DNA from: a virus
IMG/VR virus record: IMGVR_UViG_3300022752_000022
Coordinates: 64,001 to 128,000 of that record
DNA: 64,000 nt
Reading direction: 5' to 3' (one strand)
Position numbers and translations under genes: made by a program. Of this stretch, positions 45,731-56,400 are shown piece after piece (the stretch's first letter is position 1; each line of letters opens with the position of its first letter). The notes under the pieces are model-generated. The model was given only the letters and a program-made list of their open reading frames with translations, was not told the origin of the DNA and searched no databases.

Positions 45731-46734
45731 ATTTGATGAAAGCATTTATTACTGGTATCACGGGGCAAGATGGCTCTTACTTAGCGGAACTTCTTTTGTC
45801 TAAAGGTTACGATGTGCATGGGCTTGTTAGACGCACTAGTACATATAATCTTCAAAACATTGAACATATTAAATCACAATTAAATCTTCATTACGGAGAT
45901 TTATCAGACGCATCAAATGTACACAATATCATTATGGACATTAAACCAAATGAAGTGTATAATCTCGGTGCACAATCACATGTTTCGGTTAGTTTTAAAT
46001 CACCTGCATATACTGCTGACGCAAATGGTGTTGGTGTTCTTCATATGCTTGAAGCTGTTAGAAAACTATCTGAACATCAAATCTGCAAATTCTATCAAGC
46101 ATCAACAAGTGAACTCTTTGGCAAAGTTCAACAAGTTCCACAAACAGAAAGCACACCGTTTTATCCACGAAGCCCTTATGCTGTAGCGAAACTATACGGC
46201 TACTGGATCACAGTCAACTATCGTGAAAGTTATAATTTATTTGCTTGTAACGGTATTCTATTCAATCACGAAAGTCCACGAAGAGGTGTAGATTTTGTTA
46301 CGAGAAAAATCACACATGGTTTAGTGAGAGCAATTCGTGGTGAAGGCCCAGTTCAATTAGGCAATCTAGATGCGAGACGAGATTGGGGCCATGCAAAAGA
46401 TTTTGTAAAAGCAATGTGGCTTATGCTTCAACAAACAAGAGCGGATGATTATGTGATTGCAACCGGTGTTCAACAAAGTGTCCGTGATTTCTGTGAAGTT
46501 GCCGCTAAGATTTTAGGAAAAGAAATTATTTGGACTGGCGTTGGATCATCCGAAAAAGGCATAGATAGATTAACTGGCAATGTTCTTATTGAAGTATCAG
46601 AAAAATTCTATAGACCAGCTGAAGTGAATACTTTATTAGGCAATTCAATGAAAGCAAGATCAGTTTTACAATGGAAACCTGAATATACATTTTATGATTT
46701 AGTGAAAGAAATGGTCATGGAGGACATGAAATGA
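45727..46734 (+). CDS. gmd: GDP-mannose 4,6-dehydratase
   Basis: [51 protein letters not shown]. Confidence 0.95.
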   Translation: MNLMKAFITGITGQDGSYLAELLLSKGYDVHGLVRRTSTYNLQNIEHIKSQLNLHYGDLSDASNVHNIIMDIKPNEVYNLGAQSHVSVSFKSPAYTADANGVGVLHMLEAVRKLSEHQICKFYQASTSELFGKVQQVPQTESTPFYPRSPYAVAKLYGYWITVNYRESYNLFACNGILFNHESPRRGVDFVTRKITHGLVRAIRGEGPVQLGNLDARRDWGHAKDFVKAMWLMLQQTRADDYVIATGVQQSVRDFCEVAAKILGKEIIWTGVGSSEKGIDRLTGNVLIEVSEKFYRPAEVNTLLGNSMKARSVLQWKPEYTFYDLVKEMVMEDMK

Positions 46735-47210
46735 ATTATGTATATGAAAGTCCGGATAAAGGCAAAACAATTTATCAAAGAGAATTTGGTTCAAATGAAA
46801 AAATTTTAATATCAAAGGAAAAATCTTCAATGATTTATGTGCCGATTAGCTTAGGGGAATTGATTGACAAACTCACCATTCTTCAGATAAAATTACAGCA
46901 GATTGATGATTCTGAAAAATTGAAGAATGTAAAGAATGAATGGGATCTTTTATCTAAACTTCCTGAGTACAGAGATGTTGCATATGAAATTGCACCATAT
47001 TTTACTGAGCTTTATAACATTAATATGGAACTTTGGGAGATTGAAGATGAAATTCGTGAGCATGAACTAAATCATGTTTTTGATTTCAAATTTATTCGTT
47101 TGGCTAGAAAAGTATATACGACAAATGATAAACGTGCAGCAATTAAAAAAGAAATCAATCTAAAATATGGATCAAAAATTATAGAAGAAAAATCTTATAA
47201 GGAATATTGA
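46731..47210 (+). CDS. Conserved hypothetical protein
   Basis: [15 protein letters not shown]...LW.IED.IR...AR.VY..ND.R...K..IN....S...EEK.Y. Confidence 0.65.
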   Translation: MNYVYESPDKGKTIYQREFGSNEKILISKEKSSMIYVPISLGELIDKLTILQIKLQQIDDSEKLKNVKNEWDLLSKLPEYRDVAYEIAPYFTELYNINMELWEIEDEIREHELNHVFDFKFIRLARKVYTTNDKRAAIKKEINLKYGSKIIEEKSYKEY

Positions 47211-47211
47211 T

Positions 47212-48435
47212 ATGGCAAAATTAGTAAGTATGGGCGAACACTACGTAAGTGATTTCGTAAAGAGCGAAGAAGATACAAAAAATCGTTCCAGATACAGTTT
47301 AGATTTATGGTTAGATGGTACGCTAGGCGCCGTACGACTGCATGATTTAGCGCCGCACGATTCTATGTGGGGTCAGTATTGGTATAGAAGTGGTATCAAT
47401 TCTAGTATGAAAGCTGAACTGAATAGAATCGTCGGTGAAATTCTTCAGCGAATGAATCTTGAAAAAGATGATATTTGGTTAGATATTGCATGTAATGACG
47501 GCACACTTTTGAGTTATGTGCCACCTTATGTGAAACGAGTCGGCATTGATCCTTGCAATGATGAATATCTAAAAGAATCGAAACTACATGGTGAAATTGT
47601 TCAAGATTACTTTTCAAAAAATGCGTGGAATAAAACGACTGTCGCACATAAGAAAGCAAAAGTCATTACGTGTATTGCAATGTTTTATGATTTAGATGAT
47701 CCGAAACCATTCGTACAAGATATGTACGATATTTTGGATGATGATGGTGTTATCGTTCTTCAGATGAGTTACACACCATTGATGCTCAAACAAATGGCTT
47801 TTGATAATATTTGCCACGAGCATGTATATTATTATGATCTTACATCATTGCTTGGTTTGTTTGGCAGAGTTGGATTTAGATGTGTTGATTGTTCTTTGAA
47901 CGACACTAACGGCGGTAGTTTTAGAATTTATTTCAGAAAAGAGAAAGCAAATCCAGCGAAGTTTGGTTCAGCACCTTTGCGTGACGTATGTGAAACACGA
48001 GTCGCAAGTATTTTAGCATATGAGGGTAACGTTCTGAATATTCGCAAAGCAAGTGTATGGGATAACTTTGAAAAGCGCCTTAAGATTATGAAGCGTGATT
48101 TAACTAAACTCATTAAAGACATCAAAGCAGAAGGCAAAACAATCTACGGCTACGGCGCAAGTACAAAGGGTAATACATTACTTCAATACTTTGGATTGAC
48201 TGCAAACGAAATTACGGCCATTGCTGAACGAAGCCCATATAAGTTTGGATTGAAAACGATTGGCACACATATTCCTATTGTGAGTGAAGAAGAAATGCGG
48301 GCAGCAAAGCCTGATTATCTTTTGGTGCTACCCTGGCATTTCATTGACGAATTTTTAAATCGTGAACAAGAATATCTCAATGCTGGAGGAAAAATGATTG
48401 TTCCGTGTCCGGAAGTTAAAATATATGGAAATTAA
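47212..48435 (+). CDS. NDP-hexose C-methyltransferase-like SAM-dependent methyltransferase
   Basis: YWYRSG, LDIACNDGTLL, FDNICHEH, GGSFR, GYGASTKGNTLL, PDYLLVLPW. Confidence 0.85.
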   Translation: MAKLVSMGEHYVSDFVKSEEDTKNRSRYSLDLWLDGTLGAVRLHDLAPHDSMWGQYWYRSGINSSMKAELNRIVGEILQRMNLEKDDIWLDIACNDGTLLSYVPPYVKRVGIDPCNDEYLKESKLHGEIVQDYFSKNAWNKTTVAHKKAKVITCIAMFYDLDDPKPFVQDMYDILDDDGVIVLQMSYTPLMLKQMAFDNICHEHVYYYDLTSLLGLFGRVGFRCVDCSLNDTNGGSFRIYFRKEKANPAKFGSAPLRDVCETRVASILAYEGNVLNIRKASVWDNFEKRLKIMKRDLTKLIKDIKAEGKTIYGYGASTKGNTLLQYFGLTANEITAIAERSPYKFGLKTIGTHIPIVSEEEMRAAKPDYLLVLPWHFIDEFLNREQEYLNAGGKMIVPCPEVKIYGN

Positions 48436-49357
48436 TAAATTAATTTTCTTCAATCACTGGAGAAACGGTGATGTTTTTATCAATCGTGAGTATGTAAAAT
48501 ATTTTATCAATAAAATTGATGCGCCAGCTTACTACGCCCACAACAACCATTTTTCTACAACTCAAGATTTACCGTGTGAATTAATTAAAATGGAGCAACT
48601 TCCTTATGCATGTATGAATACATTCATGAAAAAAGGATATGATGCTGAGAAAAAAACTTTGTATATCAATACTTGGGTTGGTGCATGGATTGGTCAGTAT
48701 TTAAATCATGGTGAACACGCAAATTTCATGACACTGCGTAGAATTTGGAATGATCTTCATCAGTCTGTTTTTAAAACTGATATCGTAGGAAATCATTTTG
48801 ATTTTCTTCCTACGATAACATATAAATCTACCGATGCAAATTATATCATCGCAAATGCTTGGTGTGATAAACATAAAAATCATAAAATTGTAATGTTTTG
48901 TAATGGTAAGCAACACAGTGAACAAAGTGATATGGGTGATATGAAAAGAATTATAGATATCATCACATCAGACTATAGTGAAATTCTTTTTGTTGTTTGT
49001 GATAAATTAAATCTTAAAAAGAACAACATTGTTTATACTGATGACATTTTTGGCTCTTCAGTTGGTAATTTACCACACATATCTTATATCAGTACATTTG
49101 CTGATAAGATCATTGGTAAAAATAGTGGACCATTTAGTTATGCTCACACCAGAGCAAACAATCAAGATGCACAGAAAACCTTTTTTTGCTTTAGTAAAGA
49201 AATGAAATCTTGTTTGACTGGTGAAGGAAAATACTACGCAAAACACTGTTTTAGTGATACAATAGATGATGATGTTGCGATCCAATTATTAATCAATGAA
49301 TTGGAAACTTACGAGTATAATCCAAATCTAAAACCTATAAGGCATGTACATTTATGA
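48425..49357 (+). CDS. Hypothetical protein, possibly GT-B glycosyltransferase-like
   Basis: N..GD.F N-terminus and IIGKNSGP motif; glyco-cluster context. Confidence 0.45.
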   Translation: MEINKLIFFNHWRNGDVFINREYVKYFINKIDAPAYYAHNNHFSTTQDLPCELIKMEQLPYACMNTFMKKGYDAEKKTLYINTWVGAWIGQYLNHGEHANFMTLRRIWNDLHQSVFKTDIVGNHFDFLPTITYKSTDANYIIANAWCDKHKNHKIVMFCNGKQHSEQSDMGDMKRIIDIITSDYSEILFVVCDKLNLKKNNIVYTDDIFGSSVGNLPHISYISTFADKIIGKNSGPFSYAHTRANNQDAQKTFFCFSKEMKSCLTGEGKYYAKHCFSDTIDDDVAIQLLINELETYEYNPNLKPIRHVHL

Positions 49358-50286
49358 AAGTTCTTATCATCAATGGACCAAAAGAAAAGTGTGGAATTTA
49401 TCAATACTCACAATCATTATATGATGCATTATCATCTGTAAAATCAAAATATCAGTATGAATTTTTTCCAACAGGAAGTAGAGATGAAGCTAAAAATAGA
49501 ATTGCTGCGGAAGATATTCATGCTGTAATATACAACCATCATCCAATGGCACTCGAATGGTTAGACTCAGGATTTACGAGACCGATTAAAAACGATTTCG
49601 GTATAAAACAAATTATGATCACAGGCCATGAACACGAAACACGATACATTGGCGTTGATCAATACGTTTACACTGATCCAAATCATCCAACAAAAGATAA
49701 TGTACATTCTGGAATGCCACCATTACTTTATTATGATGACATTCAATACACTGCGCCGCAATCTGATGTTATTAAGATTGGAACAAGTGGTATCGGCAAT
49801 TCAACTAAAAATTTACATGAACTTGTTGAAAAAGTAAATAAAGATTTCGCTAATGAAAATGTGTTATTAAATGTCCATATTACAGATGGAGCTTATGTAG
49901 ATTCTACAGGCAAATTTTCAAATATGTTAGGTAACATATGTAAAGAAATCGCCGCTGAAAATGTCGAAGTGAATATTGTGCGTGAATTCTTTACAAAAAG
50001 AAATCTTGTTCAATGGCTTAATATCAACGATATCAACATTTATTACCATACTGTAGGTCCTCCGCTCGGTGTGAGTAGTTCTATAGACAGGGCAATTGAA
50101 TCAAAAAAACCTTTTGGTATAAACGAATCAAACTTTTTTAAACATGTAATTAGAGATTACAATAATTTAAACAAAACAAGCATCAAAGAAATTCTTGCGA
50201 TTGGCATTGATCCGTACAAAGAATTTTATGACGCATGGAATCCAGTAAAATTGGTAGAATTATACGAGAAAATTATTGGCGAATAA
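49354..50286 (+). CDS. Glycosyltransferase-like protein
   Basis: CGIYQY, G.SS.ID.AI..KKP GT-B-like motifs. Confidence 0.5.
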   Translation: MKVLIINGPKEKCGIYQYSQSLYDALSSVKSKYQYEFFPTGSRDEAKNRIAAEDIHAVIYNHHPMALEWLDSGFTRPIKNDFGIKQIMITGHEHETRYIGVDQYVYTDPNHPTKDNVHSGMPPLLYYDDIQYTAPQSDVIKIGTSGIGNSTKNLHELVEKVNKDFANENVLLNVHITDGAYVDSTGKFSNMLGNICKEIAAENVEVNIVREFFTKRNLVQWLNINDINIYYHTVGPPLGVSSSIDRAIESKKPFGINESNFFKHVIRDYNNLNKTSIKEILAIGIDPYKEFYDAWNPVKLVELYEKIIGE

Positions 50287-50965
50287 AATGTTACCTAGTG
50301 ATAGATTCTATACTAAAATTCAAAATAAAACTTTTAGATATCCTTTTTCAAGATGTGATGTTATCAATCGAAGCTATTCTCAAGCAATGCAAGATATAAT
50401 GATTCTTTCTTTAACAAAAGGTAAAACTAATGGCACATATCTTGAAATAGGATGTAACGTGCCTGACCATACAAATAACACTTATGTTATTGCTGAACTT
50501 TATGGATGGAAAGGTATAAGTTTAGACTATTTGCAAGAAATGAAATTTCCATGGAAGGTTTTACGCCCAGAGAGCTACTTTGTGTGCGAAAATGCATTAA
50601 CTGTAAATTACAATAAACTTTTAGGTGATTACTTTAAAGAAAATAAAACAATAGATTATCTTCAATTAGATGTTGATCCAAGTATCAATACATTAAAAAC
50701 TTTAGAAAGACTTCCAATGAAAGATTACAGATTTGGTTTTATTTCTTATGAAACAGACGTATACTTAGGAAATCAAAAAATTCGTGAGAAAAGCAGAAAA
50801 ATCTTTAGTGATTTAGGCTATACTCTACTTGTCGGTGATGTGATTGTTGAAGGTGATAAACCGTATGAAGATTGGTGGGTTGATATAAATTTGGTTGATT
50901 CTGAAATCGCAAATGATATTATTCATAGAAAAACTTCGCTGCCAGAAGAAATTTTGTTCGTCTAA
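50276..50965 (+). CDS. FkbM-like methyltransferase
   Basis: YSQA.QD, GTYLEIG, NNTY...GW.G, IDYLQLD, YEDWW. Confidence 0.65.
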   Translation: MANKMLPSDRFYTKIQNKTFRYPFSRCDVINRSYSQAMQDIMILSLTKGKTNGTYLEIGCNVPDHTNNTYVIAELYGWKGISLDYLQEMKFPWKVLRPESYFVCENALTVNYNKLLGDYFKENKTIDYLQLDVDPSINTLKTLERLPMKDYRFGFISYETDVYLGNQKIREKSRKIFSDLGYTLLVGDVIVEGDKPYEDWWVDINLVDSEIANDIIHRKTSLPEEILFV

Positions 50966-50997
50966 ATAAAAAATGTTTCACGTTACGGAGAGCAAAT

Positions 50998-51522
50998 ATG
51001 AAAACCTTACAGAAGGTTGTAGTTTTACTCTTTTCTCTAACTTTTTGTAAAGCGGTGTATGCGATTGATCCACAAACACTCTTGAAGAGCAAAGACGCAA
51101 GCAAAACAGACTTATACTGGATGGCACTCAATATATATCACGAAGCAGGAAATCAGCCATCAGTTGGTAAGATTGCTGTTGGTATGGTAGTTCTTAATCG
51201 TTTAAGTGACAAGGAAAACAGATTTCCTAAAACAATCAAAGGAATTGTAACACAAAATTGTCAGTTCTCTTGGTATTGCATTGTAAAAGATCATAAACCT
51301 AAGAACGATGACATGTGGAAACAATCATACAAAGTTGCAGAATTTCTCTTGACAAAATACAAAAAAGATGTTATGATAGACGTTGTAGAAGGTGCAACAC
51401 ACTTTCATGCGATATATGTGAAACCGCCGTGGATTAATACTGCGACAAAAGTTGTACAAATTGGTGATCACATTTTCTATCGTTGGGAAAAAGATGTCCA
51501 AAAAATCAAAATGCGAATCTAA
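50998..51522 (+). CDS. SleB-like cell-wall hydrolase (Hydrolase_2)
   Basis: Signal peptide; ALNIYHEA, AVG.VVLNR, QFSW, GATHFHA, IGDHIFY. Confidence 0.88.
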   Translation: MKTLQKVVVLLFSLTFCKAVYAIDPQTLLKSKDASKTDLYWMALNIYHEAGNQPSVGKIAVGMVVLNRLSDKENRFPKTIKGIVTQNCQFSWYCIVKDHKPKNDDMWKQSYKVAEFLLTKYKKDVMIDVVEGATHFHAIYVKPPWINTATKVVQIGDHIFYRWEKDVQKIKMRI

Positions 51523-51526
51523 AGAA

Positions 51527-51772
51527 ATGAATTTAAATATATTAACTGCTAAAGAATTTGAACGAAGCATTATTACCATTATGCGTGATAAAAAACCAAT
51601 CAGCATGATTGATGCCATTGTTTTATATTGTGAAGAGAGAAAAATTGAAGTTGAAACCGCAGCAGCACTAGTTTCTCCTCGTATGAAAAGCCGAATTGAA
51701 ACTGAAGCGATTGATCTAAACATGATTGCAAGAAAAGCGAGATTACCAATTGACGAAGATGGAAGCTATTGA
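51527..51772 (+). CDS. gp33: Late transcription coactivator (gp33)
   Basis: IDAIV.YCE...IEVETAA.L....K..I..EA..LN....LP; synteny with gp59 and gp32. Start approximate. Confidence 0.8.
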   Translation: MNLNILTAKEFERSIITIMRDKKPISMIDAIVLYCEERKIEVETAAALVSPRMKSRIETEAIDLNMIARKARLPIDEDGSY

Positions 51773-52349
51773 AGCATACAGAATTTATTTAGCACTTAAA
51801 CATCACTTTACACTTGACAATTACGATTATTTCAAGTACAATAAGAAGACTAAAGTTACACTGGATAGTTTTCTAAAACGAAAAGACAGAATATTTTTTG
51901 CTAAACTTGGTAATCGCAAAGACAAATATCTTGAAGACTTTCTTGTTGCAAACTTTCTATATCAGACAAATATCTGGGTTGGTGAACTTTTGTCTGATGA
52001 ATGTGAAGAGCGGTATAAAGAATGGAAAAGAAAACAAGAATCACTTTCTTACCATTTCAAATCAGAAATGGAGTTTATTTCTGAGTTAGATATTGATGAA
52101 TTCAATAAATTATTTCAAACTATTAACGGAAATCATCCACGAATCATTCAAAAATATTTACACAAAGAAATCAGTATTGAATCGTTATGTATTTTAGATT
52201 CAATACTAAAGTTTACACACAAATCTGACAAACTTTTATTTGATCCAATTTATACCGATATTAGTAAATTATGCAAAAAATACCAGCCATTCTTAAAAGT
52301 AGACATAGTGAAGCAAAAGCAGACGTTAAAGCAGTTAGTACAGAAATAA
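51759..52349 (+). CDS. gp59: Helicase loader (gp59)
   Basis: Y..YLALK.HF...YDYFKY..K....SF.KRKD..FF.KL. Confidence 0.85.
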   Translation: MEAIEAYRIYLALKHHFTLDNYDYFKYNKKTKVTLDSFLKRKDRIFFAKLGNRKDKYLEDFLVANFLYQTNIWVGELLSDECEERYKEWKRKQESLSYHFKSEMEFISELDIDEFNKLFQTINGNHPRIIQKYLHKEISIESLCILDSILKFTHKSDKLLFDPIYTDISKLCKKYQPFLKVDIVKQKQTLKQLVQK

Positions 52350-52501
52350 AAAAAGTTGTAAAAAGAAAAATTTGTGCTTTACTTATGCCAAAAAAGCATG
52401 TAGAATTGCTATATACACATGTAGATAATGAAATATGTGGATAACAGTAATACACAAAGTAATATATTTTTTAATACATTTTAAATACGAGGTAATACAA
52501 C

Positions 52502-53386
52502 ATGGCAAATTCATTCGCTGATCTTAAAAAATCACGCACCCAAGCACTGGAAAAACTTTCAGGCGAACTCTCAAAGTTGACTGACAAAGAGAGTAGCAAA
52601 AAATCATATGAAGATGATCGATTCTGGAAACCAACTGTTGACAAAGCAGGCAACGGCATGGCGACGATTCGATTTCTGCCTTCACCTGAGGGTGAAGATA
52701 TGCCCTGGATTCAAATCTTTTCTCATTCCATTCAGGGACCCACGGGTCAATGGTTGATCGATAATTGTTTGACAACAATTAACAAAAAGTGTCCTGTGTG
52801 CGAACACAACACCGTTCTCTGGAATTCAGGTATTGAAGCAAATAAAGAGATTGTTCGCAAACAAAAGCGGAAACTTCAGTATATCTCTAACATCTATGTT
52901 GTTAAAGATCCGAGCAATCCTGACAATGATGGTAAAGTTTTTCTCTTCAAATTCGGAAAGAAAATTTTTGATAAATTGAATGACTTGATGAATCCTGAAT
53001 TTGAAGATGAAACACCCGTCAATCCTTTTGACTTGTGGGAAGGCGCAAACTTCAAATTGAAGATTCGTAAAGTTGAAGGTTATCAAAATTATGATAAATC
53101 AGAATTTGATAGCCCAAGCCCGCTTTCAAAAGATGATGATGATCTTGAACGCATTTGGAAATCCGAATACAAACTCGGTGAGTTTCTAGATCATACAAAC
53201 TTCAAATCGTATGATCAAATCAAAGAACGTTTAAATGTTGTCTTGGGAATTGCTGGTGCAACTGTTGCTGTTGCTGCTACATCAATTGAAAGGCCTGTTA
53301 CAAAATCTGCACCAATCGCAAAGATTGCCGAAGACGATGATGATGAAGACTTGAGCTATTTTGAAAAATTAGCTGAAGATGATTGA
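52502..53386 (+). CDS. gp32: Single-stranded DNA-binding protein (gp32)
   Basis: DDRFWKP.VDKAGNG.A.IRFLP, CLTT...CPVC, KRKL.Y..NI.VV.DP, NYDKSEF, acidic tail. Confidence 0.95.
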   Translation: MANSFADLKKSRTQALEKLSGELSKLTDKESSKKSYEDDRFWKPTVDKAGNGMATIRFLPSPEGEDMPWIQIFSHSIQGPTGQWLIDNCLTTINKKCPVCEHNTVLWNSGIEANKEIVRKQKRKLQYISNIYVVKDPSNPDNDGKVFLFKFGKKIFDKLNDLMNPEFEDETPVNPFDLWEGANFKLKIRKVEGYQNYDKSEFDSPSPLSKDDDDLERIWKSEYKLGEFLDHTNFKSYDQIKERLNVVLGIAGATVAVAATSIERPVTKSAPIAKIAEDDDDEDLSYFEKLAEDD

Positions 53387-53419
53387 TTAATTTCTCCTTG
53401 GTTCCCATAGTGGTACTTT

Positions 53420-53445
53420 AGGTGACAGAAATGTCACCTTTTTTT
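53420..53445 (+). terminator. Rho-independent terminator after gp32
   Basis: AGGTGACA-GAAA-TGTCACCT followed by a T-run; sits at the strand-convergence point. Confidence 0.85.
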
Positions 53446-53493
53446 ATCTATTTGTCGTTGCACACGGCTTGTTATCTGATTTGCGTTATTCCG

Positions 53494-56400
53494 TCACGGA
53501 ATCATTTCATAAGCTGTTCTACCATATCTTTGAGATTCGTCTACTGAATTATTATTAATTATTGTCGTGTTGTTATTAACATTTCCGCTATTTACGACAG
53601 CAGAATTATTATTTATTGCCGCACCTTGTGCTAAAACTGAACTAACAGTTTCTAATGCATACCCCTTTGCTGCTGAAATTTCCTCGGCTGAAACGCTAAA
53701 TGTTGGAGCATTTTTCGCCACATCTACACCATATTCGTTTTGATATCTTTTAACATCATCTATTGTAAAACCACTACCCCTTTGTAAATTTAAAGTTGGT
53801 AATATTTTAGGTGTTGGTAAACCGGCACCCTCCATCAACTGTTTATATTTGACTGGATCTCCCGATGCTCTTAAAACATTTTCTGCATCCTGTTGCGTTA
53901 TCTTATAGCCATTTTTTGATAAAAGAATTATGTCTGAAAGAGGAAATTTATCCAGTAACATGCTTGGTGTAATACTATTATCATTAAACCACTGAGCTTT
54001 TTCACGCAGAGTCATTTTTTTCCAGTCAAGTCCTCCAGGAACATAATTTCCCGTAGAATCACGAGTAACGCCATTCGGAACTGATATTATTCTACCATCA
54101 CCCGGCATAATATAAAATCCCCAAGATTTATTAATATCCAATACTTCTTGCTCACTCCAGTTGTTTTTGGTTAGAGGATTAAAAAACTTGACGGGCCCAC
54201 TTACTTCCATCAGTGCGCTATCTAACTGATCAACATCATATTGACTAAAACCAAGAGATTGTCTAAGATCGTCTCCGGTAAATCCATTACTTGAATACCA
54301 TAGAGCCCGCTGCGACAAATCCATAGTATTCCAATTTATAGGAAGTTCAAAAGTTTTTTTGAGTCTCTTATTTTCTATCGTTCCGCGTTTTAATGTGCTG
54401 CTATTCTGTGCAACTGACGTTGTTGGTGCAACTGACGTTGTTGGTACAACTGACGTTGTTGGTGCTGCTGATTTCGATAATCCACCGTCTGTTACACCAA
54501 CACCGTCAGTTGCACCGAAGAAATACATTTTTATCTCCGGCGGAGTACCGGGCAGCGGTTTATAGGTAGCCGATAACGCTCTTTTTCTTGTGGATGGATC
54601 TTGCAGTTCAACAAACTCTTCTGTATTCTCTTGAATTTTGGAAAGAGGCTGCGTATTGTCTGCTATTTTTTGAATATTTTCTGTTATACTTTTACCGAAA
54701 CTAACAGGTATTGTTTTTCCATCAGGCAGCGGAACGACAGCTTCAGTGCCATGAAGAATCGCTGGATAACCGGAATCTGGGCCAGAAAGAATTCCTCCAG
54801 TTTTTCCTTGTGGCACTTTTGGTCCACTAATGCTTGAAACTTTACCTTCTTTATCTATACTAATTTGAAAAATATCATTACTAAGCCTTGTGAGTACAGT
54901 TCCTTGTGTTGACTGATATTCAGGATTATACATAAAGTCGCCAATTTTTAGCGATGAACCATAATTGGTCCACCATTCATTGGCAATCTGTGCGGTGTCC
55001 TTGCCGGTAGTATTGCCGGTAGAATTGCGATTAATTTGATAATTCATTAAAGCACTATAAGCGCCGCTCGGCTGATTCGCCCGCGCATAATCCCTCGCAT
55101 TTCTATCCTCTTCCTCAGACCAATTATAAGTTCCATATAAATTTTGCTGCTGGCTTGTTTTAGCATTATTTCCTGTTGGCGTCACCGGAGATGATGATGT
55201 TACTTGCACTTGTAACTGCTTATTAAGAAAACCTTTTGTATATTTTTCAATGTTCGCTAGACTATCAACTATTTTAACTATTGGATCTTCAGGATCAGCG
55301 TCAGAAGATGTCGTAGATGACGCCCGTGCGGGACCAGAAGAAACGCTTCCTGGTTCACCCTTCATAATTTTTAATATATCAGATAGTGAAGAGAGGAATT
55401 TTGAATTTTTTTCAATAGATTTTAATAACTTAGCTGATTTTTCAATATTTTCAGAATCATCTTTAGTTGTATCATCAATAATTGATTTGCCACTGAATTT
55501 AACGGGTATTGTTTTTCCATCAGGAAGTGGAACGACAGCTTCAGTGCCATGGAGAACCGCTGGATAACCTTTTTCTGATCCCGAAAATACACCACCACTC
55601 TTAGCTTTAATAACTGCGTTACCTTCTCTATCATAACCAACAATTTTTAAATTCTCTTCTTCTTGATATTTTCCTGTTTTTACATTGAAAACTTTTCGTG
55701 CGTAGTAATTTGTGCCACCGGCGTCTTCGCCACTTCCTATGTAATCTTCTTTATACGCTTCTTTAACTGCTGTTGATCCAGTAAATCCAGCAGCAGTAGC
55801 ATACTTACTAAAATCTACTACATTACCTTGTAGATCAACTGCTTGGCCCTCTTTATTATATCCAAAGATTAATGGACTTTCTTCATCAACCATTGAATCC
55901 AGCGCAGCATTGTAAACTTGTCTAGGAACATACATACCAGGCATAGAACCGCCTTCAGGATCGTAACCGCCACCATCATAACCGGCTTCTCTAAACTTTG
56001 CTTGGAACTTATTTGCAAACGTTTGGCCAGTAACTGTTTTAACTTCTTCACCTGTGCCAATAACATTGCCAGTTTCAAGTTCAGGTTTCGTTAATTTACT
56101 TACAGACGCTTTTGCTGTTTTTGCTTTGTCTGCTGCTGTCTGTTCAGTCATTGCAGTCAATAGAGCATCTGCCATTGAATTAAATACTTCTTTTTTACTT
56201 ATATCTTCAATTGGCGCTTTCCATATTTCTTTATCACCGTGTTTTCTAACAGTACCGTTACCAACAAACAGATATGCTGTTTTAGCTTTCCCATGCAATT
56301 CAAGAACAAAATAATCGTATGCTAAAGGACCACCACCAAGAGTAAGTTGAACTCTTTTGACCATTGCAAAAAGCATAATACCTATTTTTTGAGCGCCAGT

